From contig CAVSZB010000007.1 in assembly GCA_963732385.1 (NCBI GenBank), forward strand, positions 160,001 through 224,000: a DNA stretch of 64,000 bases, read 5' to 3'. How positions within the stretch are numbered: position 1 is the stretch's first letter; every line of letters starts with the position of its first letter. The notes below the pieces were generated by a model. That model was not told the origin of the DNA and ran no database searches. It saw nothing but the letters and a program-made list of their open reading frames with translations. The position numbers were made by a program, and so were the translations under genes. Positions 16,962 through 26,748 of this stretch are shown in pieces. This stretch comes from an uncultured bacterium. GTDB lineage: Bacteria; Krumholzibacteriota; Krumholzibacteriia; LZORAL124-64-63.

Positions 16962-19469
16962 TCACAAAGGGCAGACCTGCAACAACATGAGGGTGCGATC
17001 GTCCCCGCGCTCGGTCCCGCCGAAGGCCGAAACGGTGGCAAAGATCTGCTCGCGCAGCCCTTCGAGCGAGCGGTGCAGATTAATCTGCACAGTCGCGACG
17101 AGACGCTCCAGGTCGAAAAATTCCCCGGCCGCGTCGGTCTCGTCGATGAGACCGTCGGTGAACGCCAGCAGCAGATCGCCGGGGCGCAGGCGCAGGGTGC
17201 CGCGGCGATACGCGCGACCGGCGGAGGCGGCGAGCATCGGCCCGCCACGCCGCAATTCGCAGGCCCGTGGCGCGCCGGCGCGGAACAGCAACGGCGGGTT
17301 CATGCCGGCGTTGCAGTACTGCAGGCTGCCGTTCGCCGGATCGTACACGCCGTAGAAGAAGCTGACGAGGTTTCCCGAGGTCTCGCGGCCGCAGGCCGTT
17401 TCGTTGAGGCGCGCGATGACGGTTTCCGGGGCGAGTCCGCCCGCGGCCTCGCTGCGGAAGGCAACCCGCAACTGCGTCATGAGCAGGGCGGCCGGAATCC
17501 CCTTACCCGAGGCGTCGGCGATGGCCAGCCCGACCCGGTCATTCGGCAGCGAAAAGTAGTCGAAGTAATCACCGCCGACCTCATGACTGGCCTCCATGCG
17601 GCCGAGCAGGCGCAGCCCCGGACGTTCGAGCGGCGCGTCCGGCACCAGTCGCGCCTGGATCTGCTGCGCCACTGCCAACTCAGTCTCCAGACGCTGTCGC
17701 GCCAGGCTCTCCTGGTACAGACGGGTGTTCTCGAGTTGTGCGGCGGCGTGCACGGCGAGAAGTTGCAGGTTCGTCACATCGTTCTGGGTGTACAGGGCGC
17801 CGTTGCGCTTGGGGCCGAGGACCACCAGACCGGTCGGTCGGCCGCCGGTCGTCAGCGGCAGCAGCAACTCGCCGCCGAGTTGTTCCAGCAGGACACGCGC
17901 GGATTCCGGATCGGCCGCCAGTTGCGCCTCGGCAAGCTCCTCCGCGAAGACCGGCCGGGCCAGTTGAAAGAGGGCGAGTGGCAGGGGGCTCGCCAACGGA
18001 ACCCGGTAGACGGGTCGCGCCGCGTGGCCGTCGTCCCACGCCGCCGTCTCGGCCATGTCGCCGCGGCGCGGGTCGGCCAGGAAGAGCGACACCCGCGAGG
18101 CTCCGAACAGCGGGTCGAGGCCGGTCACGAGCGCGTGGGCAGCGGCTTCCGTGTCGATCAGCCCGTTCATCTCGTGCCCCAGTTCGGCTACCGCGGCCCG
18201 GCTCTCGCGGCGGGCGGGGTAGAAGGCGCGATCGATCCAGCGCTGAACGAGCCGGCGCGCGGGGAGCGCGGCGAGCGCGCAGCCGGCCACCAGGGCGAGC
18301 GCGAGAGGCTCGGCGTCGATCCGCATGCTCTCGGTGAGGAAATGTCCGGCGAGTCCGACGACGACGACATAGGCCGCCACGAGCAGCAGGGTAAGCATCG
18401 TGTAGGTGAGCCCGTGCCGGATCACGAACTCGGTGTCGAGCGCGCCGTAGCGGAGGATCGCCAGTCCGAAGGAAATCGGCACGAGGGCGAGCGAAAAACC
18501 GAGCCACTCGATATGCGCCGGCCCCGCGCCCGGCGACACGCCACCCAGGAACATCCCGACCAGAAACGGCAGCAGACCCAGCAGCAGGCCCAACAGCACC
18601 AGTCGCAGCTTGGTCTGCTGCACCGGGCGGTCGCGCCGCAGCGCCTTGCGCGCGAAAATGACGAGCCCGGCGACAAAACAGCCGATGAGGTAAAGCAGGG
18701 CGCACCCCTGCAGGAAGGCGACCAGGATCGAGGTCCGGGGATCGAGGCGAGTTGCCTGGGCGTAAAGACTCAGCGCCCAGAGGGGCGCGACCGGCATCAG
18801 CAGCAGGCGCCGCCGGCGCACCAGATCCGGGGCGAGGGATCCGGTGGCCGGGAAAGCGAGGAAAAAGCGCAGGAAGAGGGGAGGAAGCAGCAGCTGCTGC
18901 AGGTCGCGCAGGCTCTCCCGCGCCGTGATCCAGGCGCGCACGGGCGGGACCCACACTTCCATGAGCAGGAACGCGAAGATCAGGCAGAGGGCGAAAAAGT
19001 CGCGCGCCACCGGGTCGCGCCGGCGCCAGAGTACCCACCAGCCGATCATCAGGAAGGCGAGGCCCGAGAGGAACTGGCTCGCGGCCCAGACCACGCGCGC
19101 CCCCGGAGGCGGGCCAGGCAAAAGAGCGGCGTCGAGCTGCGTGTCGCCGCGCCGGACCACCAGGCGCAGCGGCGAGGGTAGGGGACGCGCCTCGATGGCG
19201 GCGTACCAGTCGAGCATCGTGCGGGTGGTGTCCCCGCCGGCGGTGACCAGCCGATCGCCCGTCTGCAGCCCCGCGGCGGAGGCCGGGCCGGCGGGGTCAA
19301 TCGTGGCGATGTCCAGATTGCGCACGCCCATCCCGAGCCAGGGACCGTGCTTCATCTCAAACGCCTTGGGAATCGTCAGCAGAAGCAACAGGGGAGCGAG
19401 CAGAAACAGACCCGCGGCGCGGGATCCGCGCTCGTACCGGCTCCGTCCAGGTCTCGCGTGCCGACGCAT
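16962..19469 (-). CDS. Membrane sensor PP2C/SpoIIE (RsbU-like) phosphatase with PDZ, multi-TM and GAF domains
   Basis: PDZ-like GPASAAGLQTGDRL; multiple TM helices; GAF-like segment; VGGDYFDY, ADASGKGIPAALLM, NAGMNPP, FTDGLID, DDRTL PP2C motifs. Confidence 0.9.
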   Translation of the reverse strand: MRRHARPGRSRYERGSRAAGLFLLAPLLLLLTIPKAFEMKHGPWLGMGVRNLDIATIDPAGPASAAGLQTGDRLVTAGGDTTRTMLDWYAAIEARPLPSPLRLVVRRGDTQLDAALLPGPPPGARVVWAASQFLSGLAFLMIGWWVLWRRRDPVARDFFALCLIFAFLLMEVWVPPVRAWITARESLRDLQQLLLPPLFLRFFLAFPATGSLAPDLVRRRRLLLMPVAPLWALSLYAQATRLDPRTSILVAFLQGCALLYLIGCFVAGLVIFARKALRRDRPVQQTKLRLVLLGLLLGLLPFLVGMFLGGVSPGAGPAHIEWLGFSLALVPISFGLAILRYGALDTEFVIRHGLTYTMLTLLLVAAYVVVVGLAGHFLTESMRIDAEPLALALVAGCALAALPARRLVQRWIDRAFYPARRESRAAVAELGHEMNGLIDTEAAAHALVTGLDPLFGASRVSLFLADPRRGDMAETAAWDDGHAARPVYRVPLASPLPLALFQLARPVFAEELAEAQLAADPESARVLLEQLGGELLLPLTTGGRPTGLVVLGPKRNGALYTQNDVTNLQLLAVHAAAQLENTRLYQESLARQRLETELAVAQQIQARLVPDAPLERPGLRLLGRMEASHEVGGDYFDYFSLPNDRVGLAIADASGKGIPAALLMTQLRVAFRSEAAGGLAPETVIARLNETACGRETSGNLVSFFYGVYDPANGSLQYCNAGMNPPLLFRAGAPRACELRRGGPMLAASAGRAYRRGTLRLRPGDLLLAFTDGLIDETDAAGEFFDLERLVATVQINLHRSLEGLREQIFATVSAFGGTERGDDRTLMLLQVCPL

Positions 19470-19541
19470 CTTCCCCTCCGGCGGGTGGTGTCGCCGCGGC
19501 GGGCCGGGTGGCCCGGGCCTTCGCGGCCGGTCAGGTCCGTC

Positions 19542-21215
19542 TCAGCGGACCAGGTTGAGCTTCAGATTCGCAGTCTCCTTCGCCGTGTGCAGCCGGCAGA
19601 GATAGACCCCGCTCGGCAGGAGCCGACCGTGCTCGTCCCGACCGTCCCAGGTGCGCCGCTGCTCGCCCGCCGGCAGTTCGCCGTCGGCCAGTGTCCGCAC
19701 GCGCCGGCCGGCCAGGTCGTAGAGCGCGATTTCTCCGGTGGTCGACGCGGCCAGGCTGAAGGCGATGGTCACTCGCGGGTTGAACGGATTGGGCCAGGCC
19801 GCCAGACGTGGCGGGGCGTCCGGGGTCGACGGGGCGCCGGTCAGGTCGGCGCGCAGCCCGGCCAGATCAGCCAGCGTTGCCGCGGACGCCCGGGTGATTT
19901 GCAGCCCGAGCTTGGCGGTGTCCTGGATATGGGACCAGGTATCGGTGGTCTGATGGTAGAAGGGATAGGCCTCGTAGTCATAGTCGATCGCCAGGAACGC
20001 GGGAATGCCGGCCTGCTGGAACGGCACGTGGTCGCTGCCCCAGCTGTAGTAGTCCTTCACGTATATGCAGGGGGTGAAGGCGGCCACGTTGCTGGCATTG
20101 GTCTGCATCAGCTCCTCCCAGGCGGTTTGGCCTTCGATGTGCAGACCGTAGGTGTGCTGATACCAGGCGACCATGTCGGCGATGATCGCGCCCTGGATCT
20201 GCCGCCCCGTCGCCGTCGCGTCGGCCACGAAATGCTCGCTGCCGTTCATCCCCTGTTCCTCGGAGTCGAACAGCACGAACTGGATGCTCCGGTCGAATCC
20301 GCGGTGCGCGCTGATCCGCGCGATCTCCATGACGAGGCTGGTGCCGGAGGCGTTGTCCTCGGCGCCGGGAGAGGTTGTCGGGGCATCTGCCAGGGGAGCA
20401 GTGGAATCATAGTGTCCGCCGACCACCACATACTCGGCCGGCGCGCTGAGGCCGGCCCTGGTCGCGACGATGTTGCGGCAGGTCACGCTGCCAACCATAA
20501 ACGTGTCGAACTGCACGGTGTAACCGTAGGAGACGAGCTTGTCGGCGAGATAGTCGCCGGCGAGGTTCTTGGCCGCCGTGCTGTAGAAACGTGTATGCAC
20601 CTGCCTGAGCTGTCCGGCGTAGAAGAACGTCGCGTAGCCGGAGATCTCCTGGATGATCTGGTTGAAGGCGGTCTGGCTGAGCGTGTTGATGAAGGCCCGC
20701 TTGAGCGCCGTGTCCACCAGGGCGGTCGCGAGCGGCAGGGGGGCGGTGCTCTTGACGCGCGTGTCGGTGGGTGGCGGGTCGAGCGGCAGTCGCTGCAGGG
20801 AGAGGCCGGCCGCCAGGAAGGGGGCCAGCCGTTCCCGGGGAACCTCGATCACCCACGCGGTGGCACCGGCCGGCCTAACCTTTCCGAAACGGGCGAGAGT
20901 GGGGGCGGAGACGCCGGTATGGCCTGGGCTCCGGGCGCGGACCAGAAAACAGTCTGCGTCGGCGTGCGATCGGTTGAGCGCGGGGCCGAACCGCGTATGG
21001 CCAGGCGATCCGACGCGGTCGACGACGAGCAGTCCGTCGGCCAGCTCCCAGGTCAGCAGATCGAGGGACGGTGATCCCTGCACCACCATGTCGCGGTGGA
21101 CGCCGGGCAGGAAGACGACGCCGCCTGCCCCGGCGGTGGCGGGAAGGATGAGACCGAGTGCCAGACTGAACAGTGCGGCGAGCGACAGGCGGGGTCGCGT
21201 GGGATTCACGCGCAT
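19542..21215 (-). CDS. M28 family metallopeptidase with FlgD-Ig/T9SS-like C-terminal domain
   Basis: VGGHYDS, GAEDNASG, FDSEEQG, SDHVPF, FYHQTTD zinc-ligand motifs; C-terminal WPNPFNP...WDGRD...PSGVYL; GGGAGG RBS before ATG at 21215. Confidence 0.88.
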   Translation of the reverse strand: MRVNPTRPRLSLAALFSLALGLILPATAGAGGVVFLPGVHRDMVVQGSPSLDLLTWELADGLLVVDRVGSPGHTRFGPALNRSHADADCFLVRARSPGHTGVSAPTLARFGKVRPAGATAWVIEVPRERLAPFLAAGLSLQRLPLDPPPTDTRVKSTAPLPLATALVDTALKRAFINTLSQTAFNQIIQEISGYATFFYAGQLRQVHTRFYSTAAKNLAGDYLADKLVSYGYTVQFDTFMVGSVTCRNIVATRAGLSAPAEYVVVGGHYDSTAPLADAPTTSPGAEDNASGTSLVMEIARISAHRGFDRSIQFVLFDSEEQGMNGSEHFVADATATGRQIQGAIIADMVAWYQHTYGLHIEGQTAWEELMQTNASNVAAFTPCIYVKDYYSWGSDHVPFQQAGIPAFLAIDYDYEAYPFYHQTTDTWSHIQDTAKLGLQITRASAATLADLAGLRADLTGAPSTPDAPPRLAAWPNPFNPRVTIAFSLAASTTGEIALYDLAGRRVRTLADGELPAGEQRRTWDGRDEHGRLLPSGVYLCRLHTAKETANLKLNLVR

Positions 21216-21304
21216 CGGGGTCCTCCCGGGAGTTGTCAGCGGCGGCGCGGGCGGTCGGCGGCGCAGACGGACGGGAGACTGCTCCGGAACCGCGAAGTGC
21301 CTTA

Positions 21305-21333
21305 ATGATAACACGTTCCAGCCCGCCTGCCAA
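21305..21333 (-). promoter_or_regulatory. Sigma70-type promoter for the downstream M28 gene
   Basis: Minus strand TTGGCA-17 nt-TATCAT with extended -10 TG. Confidence 0.55.
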
Positions 21334-21344
21334 GCGACTGCGGA

Positions 21345-22952
21345 TCAACGGATCCGGGCCACCCTCGCCACGGTGGCGCCGGCGCCATCCGTCCCGAGTC
21401 GCGCGAGATAGAGCCCGGATGCGACCGGACGTCCCTGGGCATCGCGTCCGTCCCACGGCACGGTCAGGCCGTCGCCCGGGAGCCACCCTTGCCACAGGTC
21501 GCGCACGAGGCGGCCGCCGAGATCGTAGAGCCGCAGTGCGACCGGTCCGGCGTGCGGCCCGGCAGACATGGTGATGAGTGTGGTGTCCATGGCGGGGTCG
21601 TGCCCGACGGTGAGGCGGAGAGGCGATCCATCCGGCGGATCTCCGCCGGCGACCGCCGGCGCCGCGACCGCAGCGGTGACCGGCGTGCGCACGCCCGCAG
21701 CGGTGACCAGGTCAAGCCGGTAGAGTCGCGCCGCTCCGACCGGTGTCGGCGTGGTGTCGGACCAGCGGGTGGGGCCGGGCGGCGGCGTCAGCGGGGCCGG
21801 CGTGAGCCGCAGCCATTGGCCGCCCGAGGCGCGCATGACCTCCAGGCCGGCGGTGGTCGGCAGGTCGATCGTTTCCCAGACCAGTTCCACTCCGAAGGCG
21901 AGGGGCAGGACCGCGAAGTCGCGCACGACGACCGGCAGTCCGGTGGCGTGCAGGCCGGCCAGGCCGGCGAGGGTCGCCACGACGGCGCGGGTGGCGGCGG
22001 CCCCCTGCGCGGTCTTCGTCGCGATATTGGGCCAGGTGTCGGATATGCTGTGATAGAACGGGTATTGGCGCCAGTCGCGGTCGATGAGCAGGACGGCAGG
22101 TACGCCGGCGTCCGCCAGAGCGAGGTGATCGCTGGTCACGAGGCCGTTGGGACTGAGCTGCACGGAGTCGCTCACGGCGGTGTAGGTGCGCAGCGCCCCG
22201 GCCACTGTTGCGGCCAGCCAGGCGTGTTCGGTGCGCACGTCGAGGATGAGGCCCGGGGAGACGTTGTGCCAGGTGATCATGTCGGTCACGAGCGCCGCGA
22301 CGAGCGTGTCACCGGCGGCGGCGGCGCGGGCCGCGAAGTCGCACGAGCCCTGAAGCCCTCCCAGTTCCTCGGCGGAGAAGAGCACGAAACAGACCGACCG
22401 GTCCCACTGCAGGCCGGACAGGGCGCGGGCAGCGGCGAGCACGAGTGCTGTGCCCGTGGCGTTGTCCTCGGCGCCCGGCGCGAAGATCCTCGCATCGTAG
22501 TCGGAGGCGTAGCTGTCGTAGTGGCCCCCCAGCACGATGAACTGTCGCGGGTGCCGCTCCCCGATGATCTCGGCCACGACGTTGCGGCAGAGGGTCGTTT
22601 CTCCATTGAGGTGGTAGAGGAAGGTGTCAAACCGCGCGGCGTAGCCGAGGTTCGCCAGTTCAGTCCGCAGCCATTCCGCCGCCAGGCCGTTGCCCGCGCT
22701 CCGGATGTGGCGGCTCAGGATGTAGCTCGTGGAGGCGGTGCCCGGCACCGGATCGTAGCCGGAAAGGACCCGCACGTCGGCGCACCAGAGCGCGCTGTCA
22801 ACCCGCGCGATCGCCAGGCGGGCGAGATCGTCAGGAGCCGCGTCTGCCGGGACCGGCAGCAGGGCGGCAAGCAGCAAAGCCTGCAGCCATACCCAGGGCG
22901 AGCCCGCGGCGGGTTTACGGTGACCTGGTGGTGGGCTGGCGAACCGCCGCAT
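21345..22952 (-). CDS. M28 family metallopeptidase (tandem paralog) with degenerate FlgD-Ig C-terminal domain
   Basis: LGGHYDS, GAEDNATG, FSAEELG, SDHLAL, FYHSISD motifs; C-terminal LYDLGGRLVR...WDGRDAQGRPVASGLY. Confidence 0.86.
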   Translation of the reverse strand: MRRFASPPPGHRKPAAGSPWVWLQALLLAALLPVPADAAPDDLARLAIARVDSALWCADVRVLSGYDPVPGTASTSYILSRHIRSAGNGLAAEWLRTELANLGYAARFDTFLYHLNGETTLCRNVVAEIIGERHPRQFIVLGGHYDSYASDYDARIFAPGAEDNATGTALVLAAARALSGLQWDRSVCFVLFSAEELGGLQGSCDFAARAAAAGDTLVAALVTDMITWHNVSPGLILDVRTEHAWLAATVAGALRTYTAVSDSVQLSPNGLVTSDHLALADAGVPAVLLIDRDWRQYPFYHSISDTWPNIATKTAQGAAATRAVVATLAGLAGLHATGLPVVVRDFAVLPLAFGVELVWETIDLPTTAGLEVMRASGGQWLRLTPAPLTPPPGPTRWSDTTPTPVGAARLYRLDLVTAAGVRTPVTAAVAAPAVAGGDPPDGSPLRLTVGHDPAMDTTLITMSAGPHAGPVALRLYDLGGRLVRDLWQGWLPGDGLTVPWDGRDAQGRPVASGLYLARLGTDGAGATVARVARIR

Positions 22953-23234
22953 GCAGGCCTCCGACCGGCTGGTGTCGGGGATGTGGGGCGACCTCGCAAA
23001 CCCAATGAGTCCGCCATGACGGAGTATAGCACTTCCCCGATCCCGGTGGGCATGGACGCTTCACGGGCGTCAACATTCCAGACGGCTCTGCGCTGCCCCG
23101 CGGCGCGGTTCGCTCCTGGCGAGTGGGCGGTGCGGCATTCACCCGATCCTGGCTCGGAGGCAATGGGGAGTAAACTAATCATAATCCTGGATGGCCGGAT
23201 TGGACGGGTCGGTCGAAACCGACGTCCCGGCTGG

Positions 23235-23263
23235 TTGACCACCCCGAGGGACGCGTGTAACAT
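23235..23263 (+). promoter_or_regulatory. Sigma70-type promoter of the valS operon
   Basis: TTGACC-17 nt-TAACAT, 75 nt upstream of the GTG start. Confidence 0.6.
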
Positions 23264-23337
23264 TGCCTCACTGCGCTCGTTCCGGGCGCCCAGATCCGCG
23301 GGGGCCCACCGCGGCGGTTTTGCCCAAGGAGTGTCCG

Positions 23338-26109
23338 GTGGAGGAAATCAGGCAGCGGGCGCAGTATGCGCCGGCCGGCATCGAGGAGAAGTGGTACGCG
23401 GCCTGGGAAGCGGCCGGCCTGTTCCGGCCCATCGCCAGCGCGGAGGCCGCGCCGTTCGTCATCGTCCTGCCGCCGCCGAATGTCACCGGCATCCTGCACA
23501 TGGGACACTGTCTGGGCAACTCCATCCAGGATATGCTGGTGCGCTGGATGCGGATGCGCGGGCGCGCCACGCTCTGGATTCCCGGCACGGACCACGCGAG
23601 CATCTCCACCGAGCAGGTCGTCTCGCGCCAGTTGCGCGAGGAGGGGCTGGACAAGCAGACCCTCGGGCGCGAGGCGTTCCTGGAGCGAGCCTGGGACTGG
23701 AAGGAGCAGACGCACGGCCGGATCACGGCCCAGTTGCGCCGTCTCGGCTGCAGCCTCGACTGGTCGCGCGAGGTCTTCACCATGGACGAACCCCGCTCGC
23801 GCGCGGTCGCCACGGCGTTTTTGCGGCTGCGGGAGAAGGGGCTGATCTACCGCGACCTCTACCTGACGCACTGGTGCCCGACCTGCCTGACCGCCATCAG
23901 CGACGACGAGGTGGATCACCGCGAGACGCAGGGCGTCCTCTGGCACATCCGCTATCCCTTCGTCGATGGCGAGGGGGGCGTGGTGGTGGCGACCACGCGC
24001 CCGGAGACGCTGTTCGGCGACGTGGCGGTGGCCGTGCATCCGGACGACGGCGAACGCCGGACTCTCGTCGGACGCGAGGTTCGCCTGCCGCTGACCGAAC
24101 GGATCATCCCGATCATCGCCGACGCATACGCCGACCCGGAGAAGGGGACCGGCTGCGTGAAGATCACGCCGGCGCACGATCCGAACGACTTCGAGGTGGG
24201 GCGACGTCACGCGCTTCCGCAGGTGATCTGCATGGACGAGCAGGGGGTGATGAACGTCGAGGCGGGCCGCTTCGCCGGTCTTGACCGGGTCGCCTGCCGC
24301 GCCGCCGCCCTGACCGCCCTGCGCGAGCAGGGGTTGCTGGAGAAGGAGGTGCCGCACGTCCATCAGGTGGGGCATCACGACCGCTGCGACACCGTGATAG
24401 AGCCGCGCCTGTCGCGGCAGTGGTTCCTGCGCATGGGCGAGCTGGCCGACCCGGCGCTGCGCGCCGTGGCGGACGGGAGCGTGCGGCTCTTCCCCGACCG
24501 CTGGGTGGGGGTCTACGACAACTGGCTCGGCAATATCCGCGACTGGTGCATTTCGCGGCAGCTCTGGTGGGGGCACCGCATCCCGGTCTGGTACTGCGCC
24601 GACTGTGGCGCGGAAACGGCCGCCGCCGCGCCGCCGACCGCCTGTGGGCAGTGCGGGTCGGTACGGCTGACGCAGGATCCCGACGTACTCGACACCTGGT
24701 TCTCCAGCTGGCTCTGGACCTTCTCGCCGCTTGGCTGGCCCGATCAGACGCGCGATCTGGCCCGCTTCCACCCCACTTCGGTGCTGGTGACCGGCGCGGA
24801 CATCATCTTCTTCTGGGTCGCGCGCATGATCATGGCCGGTTACGAGTTCCTCGGGGAGCCGCCGTTCCGCGAAGTGCTGTTCCACGGCATCGTGCGCGAC
24901 GAGCAGGGGCGCAAGATGAGCAAGATGCTCGGCAACAGTCCCGATCCGATCGAACTGATCGACCGCTATGGCGCCGATGCGCTGCGCTGCTCGATGGTCA
25001 TGCTCACGCCGACCGGCCAGGACGTGTTCTTCGCCGAACCCACCCTCGAGGTCGGCCGCAACTTTTGCAACAAGGTGTTCCAGGCCACGAAGCTGGTGCT
25101 CGGGGCGTGGGACGAGGCCGATCTGCCGCCCCGGGTCGAGGGACCCGCGGTCGCTGCGACCGGGGACTTCGACGTCGCTCTCGCGGCGGCCGGTGGCGCC
25201 GCGGCCACGCCGGCGGCTTTCGCGACTGCATTGTGGGGTGAGTTGTTCGGCGGCGCGCCGCCGTGTCCGCTGCCTTCCGACGCCCTGCGGCTGGAGGATG
25301 CCTGGCTCCTGAACCGGCTCTGGCTCGTCTCCCGCTCCTGCGAAGAGAGCCTCGAGAGGCGCCGGCTGAACGACGCCGCTCATGTGGTGTACGACTTCTT
25401 CCGTCACGAACTGTGCGACTGGTATCTCGAGGCGGTGAAACCGCGTCTGCGCGACCCCGGCGCGCGGCCGGCAGCGGCGGCGCTCGCCGTCCTCGCGCTG
25501 GGCGTCAGCTACAAGCTGCTGCATCCGCTGATGCCGTTCATCACCGAGGAATTGTGGAGCTGGCTGCCGCCGGCGCGTGGCTATCTTATGGTGTCAGCGT
25601 TTCCGCGCGCGCTCGGCCCGCCGGTGTTCGCCGCCGAGGCGGCGCGCTTCGACCGGGTTGCGGAGGTGGTCGGGGTCCTGCGCAACACGCGCAGCGAGCT
25701 GGGCGTGCCGCCGGGCCGCCGCGGGCGGGCGGTGCTGCGCGCGCCGGCGGAGCTGGCGGCCGACCTGATCGCCGACGCGGCGCAGGTCGCGCTGCTGGCC
25801 AAGCTGGAGGAGGTCGCCGTCGTGACCGGCGGTGCCGACCCGGCGCCGGCCGTGGCCGGGGTGGCCGGGGCGGTGGAGGTTTTCCTCCTGATGGATGGCC
25901 TGCTGGATGTCACGCGGGAACGGGAGCGGCTCGGCAAGGAGTTGGCGAGGATCGAGGGGTGGATCCTCGGCTGCCGCGCCAAGCTGGACAACGAGAAATT
26001 CGTTGCGCGGGCCCCCGCGGCGGTCATCGCGCAGCAGCGGGAGCTGCTTGCCGAGAACGAAGCGCAGGCCGCCGGTCTGCGACGCCGCGTGGAGGCGCTG
26101 GGGACCTGA
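23338..26109 (+). CDS. valS: Valine--tRNA ligase
   Basis: PPPNVTGILHMGH, DWCISRQLWWGHRIP, DPDVLDTWFSS, KMSKMLGN motifs; C-terminal coiled-coil arm; AAGGAG RBS with GTG at 23338. Confidence 0.96.
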   Translation: MEEIRQRAQYAPAGIEEKWYAAWEAAGLFRPIASAEAAPFVIVLPPPNVTGILHMGHCLGNSIQDMLVRWMRMRGRATLWIPGTDHASISTEQVVSRQLREEGLDKQTLGREAFLERAWDWKEQTHGRITAQLRRLGCSLDWSREVFTMDEPRSRAVATAFLRLREKGLIYRDLYLTHWCPTCLTAISDDEVDHRETQGVLWHIRYPFVDGEGGVVVATTRPETLFGDVAVAVHPDDGERRTLVGREVRLPLTERIIPIIADAYADPEKGTGCVKITPAHDPNDFEVGRRHALPQVICMDEQGVMNVEAGRFAGLDRVACRAAALTALREQGLLEKEVPHVHQVGHHDRCDTVIEPRLSRQWFLRMGELADPALRAVADGSVRLFPDRWVGVYDNWLGNIRDWCISRQLWWGHRIPVWYCADCGAETAAAAPPTACGQCGSVRLTQDPDVLDTWFSSWLWTFSPLGWPDQTRDLARFHPTSVLVTGADIIFFWVARMIMAGYEFLGEPPFREVLFHGIVRDEQGRKMSKMLGNSPDPIELIDRYGADALRCSMVMLTPTGQDVFFAEPTLEVGRNFCNKVFQATKLVLGAWDEADLPPRVEGPAVAATGDFDVALAAAGGAAATPAAFATALWGELFGGAPPCPLPSDALRLEDAWLLNRLWLVSRSCEESLERRRLNDAAHVVYDFFRHELCDWYLEAVKPRLRDPGARPAAAALAVLALGVSYKLLHPLMPFITEELWSWLPPARGYLMVSAFPRALGPPVFAAEAARFDRVAEVVGVLRNTRSELGVPPGRRGRAVLRAPAELAADLIADAAQVALLAKLEEVAVVTGGADPAPAVAGVAGAVEVFLLMDGLLDVTRERERLGKELARIEGWILGCRAKLDNEKFVARAPAAVIAQQRELLAENEAQAAGLRRRVEALGT

Positions 26110-26132
26110 GGTCCGCGGCGGGAGGAGGCGAG

Positions 26133-26735
26133 ATGGCCGGGTTCGAGGACGAGCCGATGACGGTCGGTCAATTGCTGGGCGCGGCGCGGCGGGAGCGGGG
26201 TCTCGAGTTGCCGGCGCTGGCCGCCACCACGCGCATTTCCACGCAGTTCCTGGCGGCGCTCGAGGCGGACGAATACGATATCCTGCCACCGCTGTACATC
26301 CGCAGTTTCCTGCGCTCCTATGCCGCGGCGCTCGGATTGTCCGCGGAAGATGTTCTGGCCTGCCAGGAGAGCCAGCCCGCGAGGGCGGCGCCGGCCGCAG
26401 ATGTCGCCCCCTTCTGGGAGCAGGAGGTGACGGTGCGGCGCGTGGACGGAGGCGGATCCCGCCTCTGGCTGCGCTGGGCGGCATTGGCCCTGGCGGCCGT
26501 GGCGGTGGTTTTCGTGGCGGTGCGTCTGCTCGACCACTCCGGCAGGCGTGCCTTCGGCGGCGGCCTGGGGCCGCCCGACAGCCTGACCGGTCGCACCGCG
26601 CCGGACTCCGGTGTCGTCGTCGGGCAGGATCCGTTCGACCTGCCGGCGTCGTTGCCGTCCGCGGCCGATTCCAGCCTGCCTTCGGCGGCGGTGGACGAGG
26701 CGTTGGTGGATACCACCTACGTGCCGCGGCCGTGA
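26133..26735 (+). CDS. RodZ-like helix-turn-helix membrane protein (short periplasmic part)
   Basis: GGAGGAGG RBS; VGQLLGAARRERGL...TRISTQFLAALEADEYDILPPLYIRSFLRSYAAALGL HTH followed by one TM helix. Confidence 0.78.
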   Translation: MAGFEDEPMTVGQLLGAARRERGLELPALAATTRISTQFLAALEADEYDILPPLYIRSFLRSYAAALGLSAEDVLACQESQPARAAPAADVAPFWEQEVTVRRVDGGGSRLWLRWAALALAAVAVVFVAVRLLDHSGRRAFGGGLGPPDSLTGRTAPDSGVVVGQDPFDLPASLPSAADSSLPSAAVDEALVDTTYVPRP

Positions 26736-26748
26736 GGGAGCGCGCACC

